The notes beneath the pieces are model-generated. The model was not told the DNA's origin, ran no database searches, and saw nothing but the letters and a program-made list of their open reading frames with translations. From Marsupella aquatica (lineage: Eukaryota; Plantae; Marchantiophyta), in contig OZ316896.1 of assembly GCA_973895155.1 (NCBI GenBank), positions 11,150,795 through 11,214,794 of the forward strand: a DNA stretch of 64,000 bases, written 5' to 3'. This document shows positions 1 through 10,995 of this stretch, piece by piece. A program made the position numbers and the translations under genes. Numbering within the stretch: the first letter of the stretch is position 1; each line of letters begins with the position of its first letter.

Positions 1-1162
1 GGAATAGCTGCTCACTTACTGAAAATTCCTGCAAACGGCATTTCTGCAAGGTAAAATCCTCCTCGAAACTGGCGGATAGCAATTCGCACTGGCCCATGCC
101 TCCAGTCTGCAGGAGCACCCACACTTTGTCACTCATAATCTTGCAACTGATTACGTTGCCTTGACCAATAGAAAATGTCCGCCGCATTGTCAAGTGACTA
201 ACTCTAATGCCTCCATCAGATTGTGTCGAATGCAGTGAGCAAACAACCACTCCAGCCCTCTGTGTCTCCGAATATGGATCCCCACCGTAGTGCAGAGCAA
301 GTTGAAGCTCTTGTTTGGGCCCAGGCAATTCCTCTATCCATATAGATTGCGGGATAGAGCTTGCCAATTGGAGAGGAGGTGACATGCTTTGAGAGAACTG
401 ACGATTGCGGTGCACCAAATCCCACACTTTGAGGTTCCTATCGTCATAAACTGCAAACAGAAGGTTAGCCCCTGAAAGAGATTCCGCGGTGAGGCATTTT
501 ACGGGAGATTGGGTCCTCCCTCGGAACCCCAGGCTCCACAGACGGCTAAGCCCACTATCTCCATCTTTAAGCTCAAAAGGCTGATCTGGTCGAGAGTCTA
601 AGTGCTTTCCAACTGGGAAACAAACAATTGAGCCACTCTGCCCTCCAGCGATGAACAAGTCTGGGGTAGCTGTCAATGACGTAACCTTCCCAAGTCCTCT
701 CAACTCCCCCCCAATGTCACGTTCTGATGTGCTCTGGTGCTGCATAGAAAACCTGCTCTTTGCGAACCTGGCAACCTTCAAGCTGATGGAGTACAACACA
801 CCTGTGACGGTGAGGACTGTGACATTATACAACAATCGATTGCTCAGGTCCTGGACAAGCACCACACTGGCAAAAGGGCAGAGAGCACTTTCGAAATTGA
901 GGCGAAGACCGGAATTGTGTACTGGTTTGTCGCAGGAGAACTCGACCAGCTCCAACGACTTAGGGAACTCTTCATGAATACGCCACAGGATGTAAAGATT
1001 CGAACCCAAGGATTGTGACTTGCTGGCTCTCACACCCACGCCCCCAATGGCACGGGGAATGTAGTCCTCGAGAGCAGGACAGATCCCGGTGATACCAGCC
1101 TGTGCAGGCACCGGGACCTCAGTCCATACTGCTACATCACTGCCCGCAACTGTCACCTCCAT
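1..1162 (-). CDS. NUP160: Nucleoporin NUP160, N-terminal part (partial; continues past the left edge of the window)
   Basis: Manual translation from ATG at 1162 is open to position 1 (387 codons; missing from the ORF track because it has no stop in the window). It reads MEVTVAGSDVAVWTEV...LYILWRIHEEFPKSLELVEF...GLRLNFESALCPFA...FELKDGDSGLSRLW...FAVYDDRNLKVWD...SDKVWVL...LQEFSVSEQLF, collinear with the plant NUP160 N-terminus as I recall it (MEVPV.G.D.V.W; WRI...LEL; LQED..SEQLF). A possible acceptor (ttttatcag) near 1190 means the true start could lie in an upstream exon. Confidence 0.9.
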   Translation of the reverse strand, partial: MEVTVAGSDVAVWTEVPVPAQAGITGICPALEDYIPRAIGGVGVRASKSQSLGSNLYILWRIHEEFPKSLELVEFSCDKPVHNSGLRLNFESALCPFASVVLVQDLSNRLLYNVTVLTVTGVLYSISLKVARFAKSRFSMQHQSTSERDIGGELRGLGKVTSLTATPDLFIAGGQSGSIVCFPVGKHLDSRPDQPFELKDGDSGLSRLWSLGFRGRTQSPVKCLTAESLSGANLLFAVYDDRNLKVWDLVHRNRQFSQSMSPPLQLASSIPQSIWIEELPGPKQELQLALHYGGDPYSETQRAGVVVCSLHSTQSDGGIRVSHLTMRRTFSIGQGNVISCKIMSDKVWVLLQTGGMGQCELLSASFEEDFTLQKCRLQEFSVSEQLF

Positions 1163-1898
1163 GATTCCAAAACGAAGTGAAGGCTCTCCCTGATAAAATT
1201 GTTGTCCGTGCGTCCGTCTGCAGGACCCTTGTCTGCAGGGAGAAATCGCATGGGACAGGGTTTAGGGTTCTTATTTTTGTTCAGTTGCTCGTTCGACCAT
1301 GATAGCCTGGAGTCCCCATTGCAGCAGAGACGTTTAACTAAACTGCAGGAGACAACATTGCAGAAATTTTAGTACGTCAAATTCAAAGATTACTGAATGC
1401 TCCAAAAGCCCGAGCAACGACAGAGTGATAATGAACCTAAGGTTTCTGTGCTGAGCTTTGACAAAATGCTGAAACCAAATGTAGGAAAAAAGGAAAACGA
1501 GACGGAGAGTTGGTCAGATTTCTTTGCGGAGGGAGCTTGAGAAAATGCTTCGACCTACTTGCGAAGGACTTGAACGACACAGGAGTGTTCATTAACAACG
1601 CTAAGATTTTTCGCTTAGCTTTAACAAAATGCGTCAACCTAATGTAGCTGCGAAAGAATTGAACAACCAAAGGAGATTTCTCAAAGACTGAGTGAAAAAT
1701 GGAGAACCAGAGGTAACGCCCCGACCAAAGCAGAAGTGCAACGCTAATGCAGCAAACGCTACCGCAACAAAAGCTAAACTTACTAATTAGCAGCTTCCAT
1801 TCAGGTGATGCGCCCGAGCTTTGATTCTGCTCGTGCTCCACTTCGTCTTCTCGTGCCGGACCTCTCTGGGACATCTCTCGGGCCTCCGAACGATGGTC

Positions 1899-1906
1899 TA
1901 GGGTTT
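1899..1906 (-). promoter_or_regulatory. Telo-box (AAACCCTA) in the NUP160 upstream region
   Basis: TAGGGTTT at 1899-1906, with related motifs at about 1257-1268 and 1921-1930. Telo-boxes are known elements of plant promoters and 5' UTRs for growth and housekeeping genes. Confidence 0.4.
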
Positions 1907-1936
1907 CGTGTCGTCCTCGGCCCTAAACCCTCTCCC

Positions 1937-2350
1937 CCTCTGGAAAAGCTCACTTCAAAACTGGCAAATTACATGCACGTTATGTGCGTCGAGGTTCCGT
2001 TTGTGTTTCTTCCACAAAACAAAGAGACGACGCCTCTGGAAAAGTTCACTGCAAAAAACTGGCACATCGATGCACTTTATGTGCCTCGAGGTTCCGTTTG
2101 CCAAAACAAGGAGAGGGCCATATCCAACACTTTAACGACATTGCCACTAAACATGTTTCAATTTACAATTCTGCCAGTTGACCTAAACCCTGCAATAAAT
2201 ATGACAAGGTTTTCATATTTAGTCCTGCAATAAATATGACAGATGTGACAAGGTTCCACTGAACATATTTTATTATCTCTATTGCAGGGTTTAGGGGAGC
2301 CCTGCAATAAATATGACAAATATGACAAAGTTTTCATATTTAGTCCTTAT
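1937..2350. repeat. Degenerate ~95-bp tandem duplication followed by a short repeat cluster with a 16-bp inverted repeat
   Basis: CTGGAAAAG...TATGTGC.TCGAGGTTCCGTTTG occurs twice (about 1937-2120). CCTAAACCCTGCAATA (2182-2197) is the exact reverse complement of TATTGCAGGGTTTAGG (2280-2295). CCTGCAATAAATATGACA occurs three times. Confidence 0.65.
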
Positions 2351-2511
2351 TTGTCATCCATATAAGGACCTGGGAAATAATGCTAGTGTAGTCAATTGGA
2401 ACATCTTTAATGGCAAAGTAATGTAGTTAAATATTGATTAGTGCTATTATTGTCAAACGGAACATCTTTAGTGGCAAAGTATTCTAGTTAAGAATTGATG
2501 TATTATATATT

Positions 2512-2870
2512 TACTATCTCAATACCCATGCATTGCATAGAAAATGTAGTTGTGCAAAAGTTGTTTACTCAGAATGCATGCATGTTATGTGGGTCAAGGT
2601 TCACTATGCATTTTCTTCCCCAAACCAAGGAGACTACGACTTCTAATGCTTTTAATACTTACTAAATGCCTGTCAATGCCCTGCATTGCATAGAATGTAG
2701 TTGCGTAAAAGATGTCAATATACACTTGATGTGGATGCATAAAAGATCTCATTGAGTAAGAGATATCATTGTAGAAATGTAGTGTGAAAATGATGTCATA
2801 GCAAAAATGATGTTATTGTCCAAATGAAGATGTGGGCGAAAAGAAGTTATTGTGTAAAAAAATGCCCTAG
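2512..2870 (-). mobile_element. Decayed Helitron 3'-end remnant(s)
   Basis: ACTAT...CATGCATTGCATAG (about 2513) and ACTA...CCTGCATTGCATAG (about 2661) look like CpG-decayed versions of the Helitron end at 62221 (ACTAG...CGTGCGTTGCACG). AAAGATGT-like short units follow, as in that element. Confidence 0.3.
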
Positions 2871-4390
2871 AGGGGGCCCTAAGTCCTCTACAAAGAAAAG
2901 CCTCGTAAACCTCCTAAGTAAACTGCATAGGAGTTATTGTCTTTCTTGCACTAGGCAAAGAGATGGGGATGCCCAATGTTTTCATTCCTCAAAATCTTGT
3001 TCTTAGGTCAAAACAAGCAAATTGACGTCCATGAAAGTTGAAGCCAGGATGGACCTCTGTGTTTGCCAAAATGCTCAAATAGGCTTTTGAAACCTGGCAG
3101 GGACCATTGCAACACCCTTTTCTTAGCTCTCATAGTACATATCTACGCTGATGGATCGGTTTTCTTGTGACAACCTGGATGTCTCTTGATTCTCCATGAG
3201 ATTTGACAATATGGGGTTCAGTGGAAAGATATTTCTGCATCTCTTCTAATGCATTAGAAATAGTCTATTCATTGGATATTGAGAGACATATTAATATTGA
3301 ATGAGGAAGTTTCCTGGTCTTTTGGATGCACCAAGTGCTGACATTGAGGGACTGTGTGATTTTAAGAAATTCAATAGGTTTTTCAACTCTTTATGAGAAT
3401 TAGATCAAGGACCCTTTGGTTATGTAAATGTAATGTTATTCAACAAGATAGAGCACATATTGGAATGTCCATGCACAACTTTCCCTTGGTACTCCTCTGT
3501 CCATATTCCATGTAACATTCTAATCATAGAGTCCATGCAAAATGTTATAGGAACCCAAAGGGTTTTGTACATTCCTTTATCCATAGTAGTCGCAAGGGTT
3601 TCTTATGTTCACTTGGTGTTCCTCTGTCCATAGTAGTCAATGGGTTTCATACGTTACCTTGGTAAATGATATAGTAGCTAAAGGGTTTCTTTTTCACCCA
3701 TGGTTATTTTTAAAAATTATTAATTGAATAAGAAACTCATACAATTTATAGGAAAACATTGATATATCAATCACTATGCATCCAAAGGTTATTTTGTTTA
3801 GTCACTTTTCACACGTTTCTTTGTTTATGCGAAATATTACTTTTCAATTTTTCATTCTTTATATAGGTACAAGGTCTAACTGTTTTTGTTCAACTTGTCT
3901 CAAAAGCAAATAGTCATGTTTGGTTTTTCTTGCATGACAAACCATTCTTGTTTGTAACCAATAGCGCTGATATACACTGGCTTCCAGAGATTTGAAAGGA
4001 GCTTCCCACAAGGGTCCATATCTACTAGACATATTAGATTCATTACATATTACTCATTGGGAAATTCATAGCTCCTTCAATTCTATATGAAAACTAGACA
4101 TATTACATTCATTGGGATGATGTTTGCATAGAGTTGCTGAATTTACGGTCAGAGAACAGGCACTCAAGCTACCCTTGTCACTCCAAACAATGATAGGTAG
4201 TTATATTTAGCTTGGGTTGAAGTCGCTGCTACAACTAACCTAGTAGTGGATACCCAAAGCAGATTGGGAACTTGTTAGCGTGATGTAGAAGCTATTGGTG
4301 ACTTCATGTTGCTGTAATTTGTGATCTCCCATATCTATTTGAGAGGTTGCTCGACACACTACTGTACTGAAGTTCTCGAGACAATTTAAG

Positions 4391-4597
4391 CTCTGGTCGA
4401 CATTCCAAGGCTTGAATAGCATTCTGCCTCGAGCAAGTCTGTCATCGTCTCTCTTCGAGAATTCGCTCCGGTCGACATTCTCAGGCTTGATTAGGATTCT
4501 GCCTAAAACTAGTCTCTCAGCTCCTCTCTTGAAGGTTTCTCTCTGGTCGTCATTCGAACGTCGAATCAGGATTCGGCCTAGAACACATTTCTCAAGC
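4391..4597 (+). repeat. Three imperfect 75-bp tandem repeats just upstream of the pRiA4b-like gene
   Basis: CTC(T/C)GGTCG(A/T)CATTC...GATTC(T/G)GCCT units start at 4391, 4466 and 4541. Confidence 0.7.
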
Positions 4598-4620
4598 TGA
4601 AGCTGAACTGAGCTCTCACG

Positions 4621-5320
4621 ATGGCCTCAGAGAATTATCTCCTCCGCAGCACGCTACTGGACATTGACGACCCCGTGATTACTCGCACCCTGTCCGTTCC
4701 CAAGACCACAACCTTCCATAAGTTTCATGAGGCACTACAGATTGCCTTTGGCTGGGCCGGCCATCACTTATACCAGTTCGATGTGCTAGCGCCGCTGCCA
4801 GCAGACCATACCTGTCGAAGCCTCCCGATTACCCTGCTGAGACTGGAGGAAGAACCGGAGCCGCCAATGGATTTTAATTTCAGCTTCCCGCGATTGTGGC
4901 TGAGGCCCGAACCGCATCGGGTGGCGAGCACCATAGTGTCCTTGCAGGCAGTGCTGGATAATCCTTGGTATATTGGAAGGCCGATAGAGTATCATTACGA
5001 TTTTGGTGATGGATGGGAGCACACGATTGAGAAGATTCGGACAGAAACAGGGAATGGGGTGATCCAATGTGTCGCTGGTGGAGGGCATGGTGTTGCGGAG
5101 GACTGTGGAGGGGACCGAGGATTGGAAGCATCTCAAATCCATGTATAGGAGAATGTGGCAGGCAGAGGACCGGGAAGTAGCCTTCAGAAATTTGACAAAG
5201 GATGTACAGGAGAAGATGATATGGTATGAGGAGGTTTGTGCGAATGGTAACAGGTTGGGGTTGGATCCTGATCTGTGGAGCATGCGTAATGTCAACTCTC
5301 GATTAGCAAGAGAACTGTGA
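4621..5320 (+). CDS. pRiA4b ORF-3 / MM3350-like domain protein (fungal type), with a 1-nt frameshift near 5110
   Basis: Motifs ITRTLSVP..TTFHKFHEALQIAFGW..HHLYQF, YHYDFGDGWEH and CVAGGGHGVAEDCGG are diagnostic of the family. Removing one G from GGGG (5110-5113) joins ORF 4621 to ORF 5069-5320 (EDCGG-TEDWKHLK...WYEEVCANGNRLGLDPDLWSMRNVNSRL), giving 232 aa with no introns. It is either a pseudogene or an assembly indel. Confidence 0.85.
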
Positions 5321-6849
5321 ACAGTGTGAGTTACTCTAAACCCTGTTCGTTTTAAGTACATTTTGTAGCGAAAAAACTTTCGGAGGCAAACCGAATTTTG
5401 AAAAGCTGATGTGAAGCAGCAACCAGCCTCCATTCGAATGAATCAGCACTTCGAAAACCTACAAGTTCCTGGACTTTGAACTACCTGCTAAGCTTCATTG
5501 GGAACATATAAAGCTACCAGGAATCGATTGCTAGGAACCTGAAATCGGTGGGGTGAGTGAGTTTGTGGAAATACCAGCCATGTGTGGTCCGTGGACTGTG
5601 CGCCGGTCTCTTCTGGCGGCGAGATTGAACTTCTCGAGCTTGAGTGTCAGTCACCTCGAAATATGTATGGTTGTGTCTCTTGCTATGAGTCGTTCACCCA
5701 ATTGTGCCTGTCCTCGTGGGATTTCTATGCAAGAAAAAGAATGGATATCAAATATAAGTAGCAACCACTATAACAGCAGTTCATGATCGATCATCGATCC
5801 AATTTGCAGTTTTAGAGTCTTTTCGGATGTATTGCAAAGAAGCCACGTACTTTCAAGGGGAATTAACCTTTGGTTTCAGCTCATTGATCCTGAACTGAAT
5901 CAACAGGGGCAATTGGTAAGATACACACATCAACCCGAAACAAAGATGGATGGCTCAATGACCTGAATTTGGCGATTTTTGTCTCTAGTATGAACTGTAT
6001 CATCAGATTTCAAGAATTGTGAGCAATGAATCAAGTATTTTATGCGGTGAGGAGTAAAGTGTTGCCTTTCCAAAGACTAAATCTTGCTTACCGAAAGCCA
6101 CCTTTGTAATCGTTGGCTGGACCGTTCCGTTGAAGGGTCATGCTGCTTGCCCAGTATCAAGAGTCTGGTAACTAAAACACCTGTCAAAGCTGAGATCAAT
6201 CACCACCGTCAAGTATCTTCAATTAGAGTAGAATTCTTTAAGTATTAGTTCGAGAGGGCTTTGTCTGAAACCACTCTCGAGAAACATTTTCATTTCATTC
6301 TTTGAAGTTTTTACAATCTTGGACAAAGATGCTACCAAATTTGGCAACTTTTCTTATAAGCGATGGTGATGCTCTTACACGAAAATAGAAATCAGTAAGG
6401 TGATTTTGATCATTGAGATCTAACAGTCGGCACCCCCTTGTTCCACATGCTGACACTGACATTATGTGGGGGTATGTGGAAGGCTTTCACAGCATACAGG
6501 ACGTATCAGGAGACCCAGTACCCACCGCACGGTTTTTAACCTTTCTTCAGATTTTCCGGCAAAAGTTTAATTGCAACCAAACGGCACAAACTTTTTGAGA
6601 AAATTTTGAACCACGGGCCTTCGACGCCCATGAGTCCGAGGATCTGCGTCGGTGCTAACAACGGATCCGTCGGTGCTAACATTGGATCCAGCTCAAGGAA
6701 TCAAGAATCACAAGGAGGAACACGGTCTTATGAGAGTTGGCCAAGAAAGACAAGATAGGAACGCTCTGTCGCAAAGTTGACTTCATCTGTGGGCCATGCC
6801 TTCCCCTGACGTTTTGCGACCATTTTCGGTTCCTCTCACTTTTTCAGGG

Positions 6850-7560
6850 GGCAGTTCTGCAATGCTGTGCCAAAAGTGAAAAGGCCTTGCGAAGTGGTTG
6901 GGTACCTGACAACTACCTCGTTCCCAACGCTCTGATCGAGCACAAACAACAGGGACCGGACTCTGGTGGTTCCCCGAGAATTTTAGAGATCAAGGCAACT
7001 GATCTCAACAAAGAACAGGGCTCGGGCCGTAGTGCATTGTTCCAACCTTATGCTTATCCTTCCATCAATCAGTCTTACTATGAAGCTACAGCTGCTGGTA
7101 TTGCTGATTGCACCTTAGTTTGAGCAACAATAGAGCTGGATGGATCTGCAAGACGTTTAAGGCTCTGAAGGAAATCTGGCTGATTTCAGGAACTTGAGAA
7201 TCCCATGTGCTTGACAATTTTAAGGGTCTCAACCGTTTCCAAGTCCCGTTCGCATTTCAGCACCTCCTCTCGAACGGGACATGACGAGGTAGACAAGCAT
7301 TTTGACAAACCCATCATTTTTGGAGACGCAGCTGAGTTATGCGCTTATCTTAGTGTGTGTGGCGAGCCTGGTCTTGGTGTATTTGCATGAGTCCATGGAG
7401 CAGGACTGCCATGTTTTCGGTGGTTTCATTCCAAGTCTGTCATTAATATATGCAAAGCCATTCGGTGTACTGCGAAGTATATCTTCATCTGAACAGAAAC
7501 ACATCTGAACCATGGAGTTGCACTGGACATTGTCCACAGAGTAAACTGTCACATTTTTCA
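6850..7560 (+). pseudogene. Possible highly decayed PPR gene fragment
   Basis: Fragments in different frames resemble PLS-class PPR motifs: SGWVPDNYLVPNALIE, GHDEVDKHFDK...AYLSVCGEPGL and DCHVFGGFIPSLSLIYAK. Stops and frameshifts are numerous, so the call is weak. Confidence 0.25.
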
Positions 7561-8023
7561 CAAACTGGCAGTGTCAATCTGGAATCAATGGCTCTGAACT
7601 TTGTTTCATATCGCAACCCTTGTCACAAACCACCACTGGCACTTTGTTTGGTACTGAAAGATTACTGTTTCCTGTCCTTCTGGACAATACTAGGAGAGGA
7701 TTATCGCAAACTTGACAATTGCAAAAAGACACAGATCTTATTTCTTGGTGGTAGGAGACATAAGGTGAGGACGCTGCAAACAAATAGACAAAAACCTCAG
7801 ATCAATTCTGGCAGGAGAATCTCAATATTTTGGATACCCAAATGGAAACTGATCTAGGTTTATAAAATTTTGCACAAACCAAATGGGTGGTCTTTTGTAA
7901 AATTCCCTTTAATTGGTCAAAGATCTCACAACCCACAATGAGAAAGTGATCATTGCACGCAGAATGTGATCTCCTCATTGTGCCAAAGATTATGCATATG
8001 AAATTAGCCCAAAGTAATAATAA

Positions 8024-8345
8024 GGGCTAGGTTCCATGGGGCTGGGAGTAAGGAGTACGGATGCTGTCAGAATTTTTAAGCCAATAAGATTGCAGCTTTT
8101 CCAGGGACTGAGGGGTATACAAATACTGTATCAAGGAGTATGATTTTCCCTCACATTCCCTCTTAAACTTCAGGGGTACCCCCTGCCCCTGTATAAGAAC
8201 AGTACAGGGCATTCTCATTGGCTCCTGAGTCAAAATTCACACTTTTAAAATACTGTATACACCTTGGCATATGATGTATTTGAGCCCTAGTTAATGTCAG
8301 AGGGAGTGACCGTACTCCCTACCCCTGGCCCATGGAACCTGGCCC
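8024..8345. mobile_element. Tourist-like (PIF/Harbinger) MITE, copy 1
   Basis: TIRs GGGCTAGGTTCCATGGG.../...CCCATGGAACCTGGCCC (about 37 bp, imperfect). TAA lies on both sides (8021-8023, 8346-8348). A second copy sits in inverted orientation at 28409-28735. Confidence 0.85.
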
Positions 8346-8403
8346 TAACTCTAATGGATTTTCAATATAGTTTTTCTACTATTTTCACTCTTGGGACCCA
8401 CGG

Positions 8404-8585
8404 AACTAATTCAAGTGCGCAAATTAGTGTTATAAAATAATTAGTGTGAGTAACACTAATTCATAGATAGAGCCCAAAACTCCAGCCAAAACTATATACA
8501 CTCAAGTTAGTGTGAGTAATACTAATTGGGAGGTAGAGCCCAAAAATATCTGCTCTCAAATTAGTGTAAGTAACACTAATTACTG
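8404..8585. repeat. Cluster of short palindromes (AATTAGTGT-n5-ACACTAATT)
   Basis: Copies at 8439-8461, 8505-8527 (degenerate) and 8559-8581. The first two are followed by AGAGCCCAAAA. Confidence 0.7.
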
Positions 8586-9193
8586 GAAAGAGAGATTGGG
8601 CACAAAGCAAGGAAAATTCCAGGGCATGAGTCTAATTTAATTATGCCTTAGCATGGCATGGATGCATGGAAGATCTGATGGTGTAAGATAGATGCACATT
8701 TTTGTGCAGGTGGCCAACATCCAAGCATGCAATCCCACATGAGTATACACTTTGTCCCACATGAGCCTTCACACAAGTTCTCACACATGAAATGAATCTC
8801 GATGTCCAAATCAAGAAAATCCAATGGTTAAAAATTTATGGCATGGCCATCTTATTCACAAATTTTCAGATTTACCAAGGTCTCTAAGTGGGCCCATAAC
8901 AAGCAATTCACAATAGCATTTTGTTGAGCCCAGTCCTTGCTATATAGCATATAGCATGCTCATCCTAGAACATGTTTTATTTTTTGTCTTGTAGTGATCT
9001 GAAAGTAAATAAAATATGAGAGCATAGAAGTGTTGTTATATAAGTAAAGTGTCTGCCAAGAAAAGCACAGTGACCAAGAAAAGGTACAATCAAACGATGC
9101 TACTATGTGTGCACTTAACTCAGGGTGCCTTATGAATGACACTCCTTTCAATAAAAACCATAAACCTAGGAAAGAAAAACATGAGGAGAACTT

Positions 9194-9801
9194 AAGAGGC
9201 TATGCATTCATGTTCTTCAGCGTCATTTCTCTCACTCGTGGTGGTGGAGCCTGTTGGTTTCATCTCTAAGAAAACACATCCTATGAAAGGGGGCTGCCAA
9301 AATAAGTTCAAAACACTCTAGAATACTTAAAACTAAAGGGGTCTAAAGAGGCTATGCATCCATGTTCTTCAGCGTCATTTCTCTCACTTGTGGTGGTGGA
9401 GCCTGTTGGTTTCATCTCTAAGAAAACACATCCTATGAAAGGGGGCTGCCAAAATAAGTTCAAAACACTCTAGAATACTTAAAACTAAAGGGGTCTAAAG
9501 AGGCTATGCATCCATGTTCTTCAGCGTCATTTCTCTCACTTGTGGTGGTGGAGCCTGTTGGTTTCATCTCTAAGAAAACACATCCTATGAAAGGGGGCTG
9601 CCAAAATAAGTTCAAAACACTCTAGAATACTTAAAACTAAAGGGGTCTAAAGAGGCTATGCATCCATGTTCTTCAGCGTCATTTCTCTCACTTGTGGTGG
9701 TGGAGCCTGTTGGTTTCATCTCTAAGAAAACACATCCTATGAAAGGGGGCTGCCAAAATAAGTTCAAAATACTCTAGAATACTTAAAACTAAAGGGGTCT
9801 A
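9194..9801. repeat. Tandem array of four 152-bp near-identical units
   Basis: The unit AAGAGGCTATGCAT...AAAGGGGTCTA starts at 9194, 9346, 9498 and 9650. Only a few substitutions separate the copies. Confidence 0.95.
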
Positions 9802-10370
9802 AAAATTAATTAAAAATGTATAGAATACAAAGGCTGCCCCTTGATAAGGCAGATTGAAATGAAAATACATGACACAAAAATTTGAATAAGACAAAATCTA
9901 AAATGTGCATTCATCATATAGCCGCTTCAAAATTTGGGTACATGGTAGACATACACCATACTTGGATGGGTAGCAGAGTCCTTGTAAAGCCAAAGAATAT
10001 CATTAAGACCCACTATACAATCCAAATTTAGTATCACAAGGAATGACAAGAAGCAATCATGGCTTCCAGGTAATTAAACATCAAAACCTCCAGCAAGATA
10101 CATACTTGGAATAACACTCATTGAATTAAACAGAATAATTTTGTTTACCATGACAGGTATCAATGGTATTAAGTGACAGTATACACTTTCCTTGTCACAT
10201 TTTGATGTACATTTACTTGGAGGCCCTTCGTTTTTAAATTTTTTTCTCCTACTAAGAAGTTGGTTTCCCGCATAAGCCTTCCAGCTGCAATTACTCTGCC
10301 AGGGAGGCGTTCCTACTCTTAAGACTTGATAAAAAACCAAAACCCAACCAGACCCATCCAGAGGGGCAGT

Positions 10371-10910
10371 TGACAAAACTAAAACAAAGAAAACCTTGGG
10401 GCATGCCACACTGTACCAAGGTATATCATACACTTCCATACCAACTATACCAACTGAATATTGTATATCCCGTCGGGCAAGATAGGGTGCACCGGCAACG
10501 AGAGCACCGGTACCGTTGGATAGGACAGGTGTTGCATCATTTGCGTGCCAACAAACAGAGAGGGCGGCCAATGGTGTGGTCCACGAACTCCATCCCGGAG
10601 CCTTCAGTACTAAGAGCCAGTGGCGGCCCCTGTCCTGTCCTATCCTGTACCTGTCCATAGCAGTTCCAGAACCTGTACCGTTTCTGGTTGGTAGAAACCC
10701 TTTGGGGGGTGGCGGTGCTGTTGCCCTCACTAGTGGACAACCCCTCATGAAGGGGGACCGCAACAACACGGAGTATGCAAGGTATACCTTTCTCAAGGAC
10801 GTCCTCAGTGCTGTTGTGGGACAGCCCTTTGAAAGATCTGGACGGAAGAGTACTGCTGTGCCCTTATATACCCAGTATCCACCGGGGACCTCATCGCAAT
10901 CAATGGTCCA
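10371..10910 (-). mobile_element. Candidate solo LTR
   Basis: A 540-bp segment richer in GC than its flanks, with TG...CA ends and flanks GCAGT/GCAAT (5 bp, one mismatch). A TATATAAG box lies on the minus strand at about 10863-10870. No recognisable protein is encoded. Confidence 0.3.
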
Positions 10911-10995
10911 GCAATTGTAATATTTTTTAAAATCTTGAAAGGAGCGCTTTATTTCAACTAAAAAGTAAAACTCAATAAAATAGGATTGTTTTTTA

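Noticed and set aside
1437-1874. 145-aa minus-strand ORF as a gene or first coding exon of NUP160
   Set aside because: A GTAAGT donor at 1783 gives a phase-1 exon, but the nearest acceptor (about 1190) is phase 0 for NUP160. It may be 5' UTR or a uORF and cannot be resolved without transcripts.
5105-5120. Programmed ribosomal frameshift in the pRiA4b-like gene
   Set aside because: There is no canonical slippery heptamer or evident stimulatory structure. A simple indel is more parsimonious.
4786-5433. 215-aa minus-strand ORF
   Set aside because: It is antisense to the pRiA4b-like gene and has no motifs of its own.
9194-9801. CRISPR-like array
   Set aside because: The units are contiguous 152-bp repeats with no unique spacers, there are no cas genes, and the context is eukaryotic.
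10780-10815. Hammerhead ribozyme core (CTGAGGA...GAAA on the minus strand)
   Set aside because: Stem II does not close onto the required GAAA geometry, and I found no stems I/III or cleavage triplet.
10074-10920. 240-aa minus-strand and 134-aa plus-strand ORFs as genes
   Set aside because: They have non-ATG starts, no recognisable domain, and overlap on both strands in a probable repeat or solo LTR.
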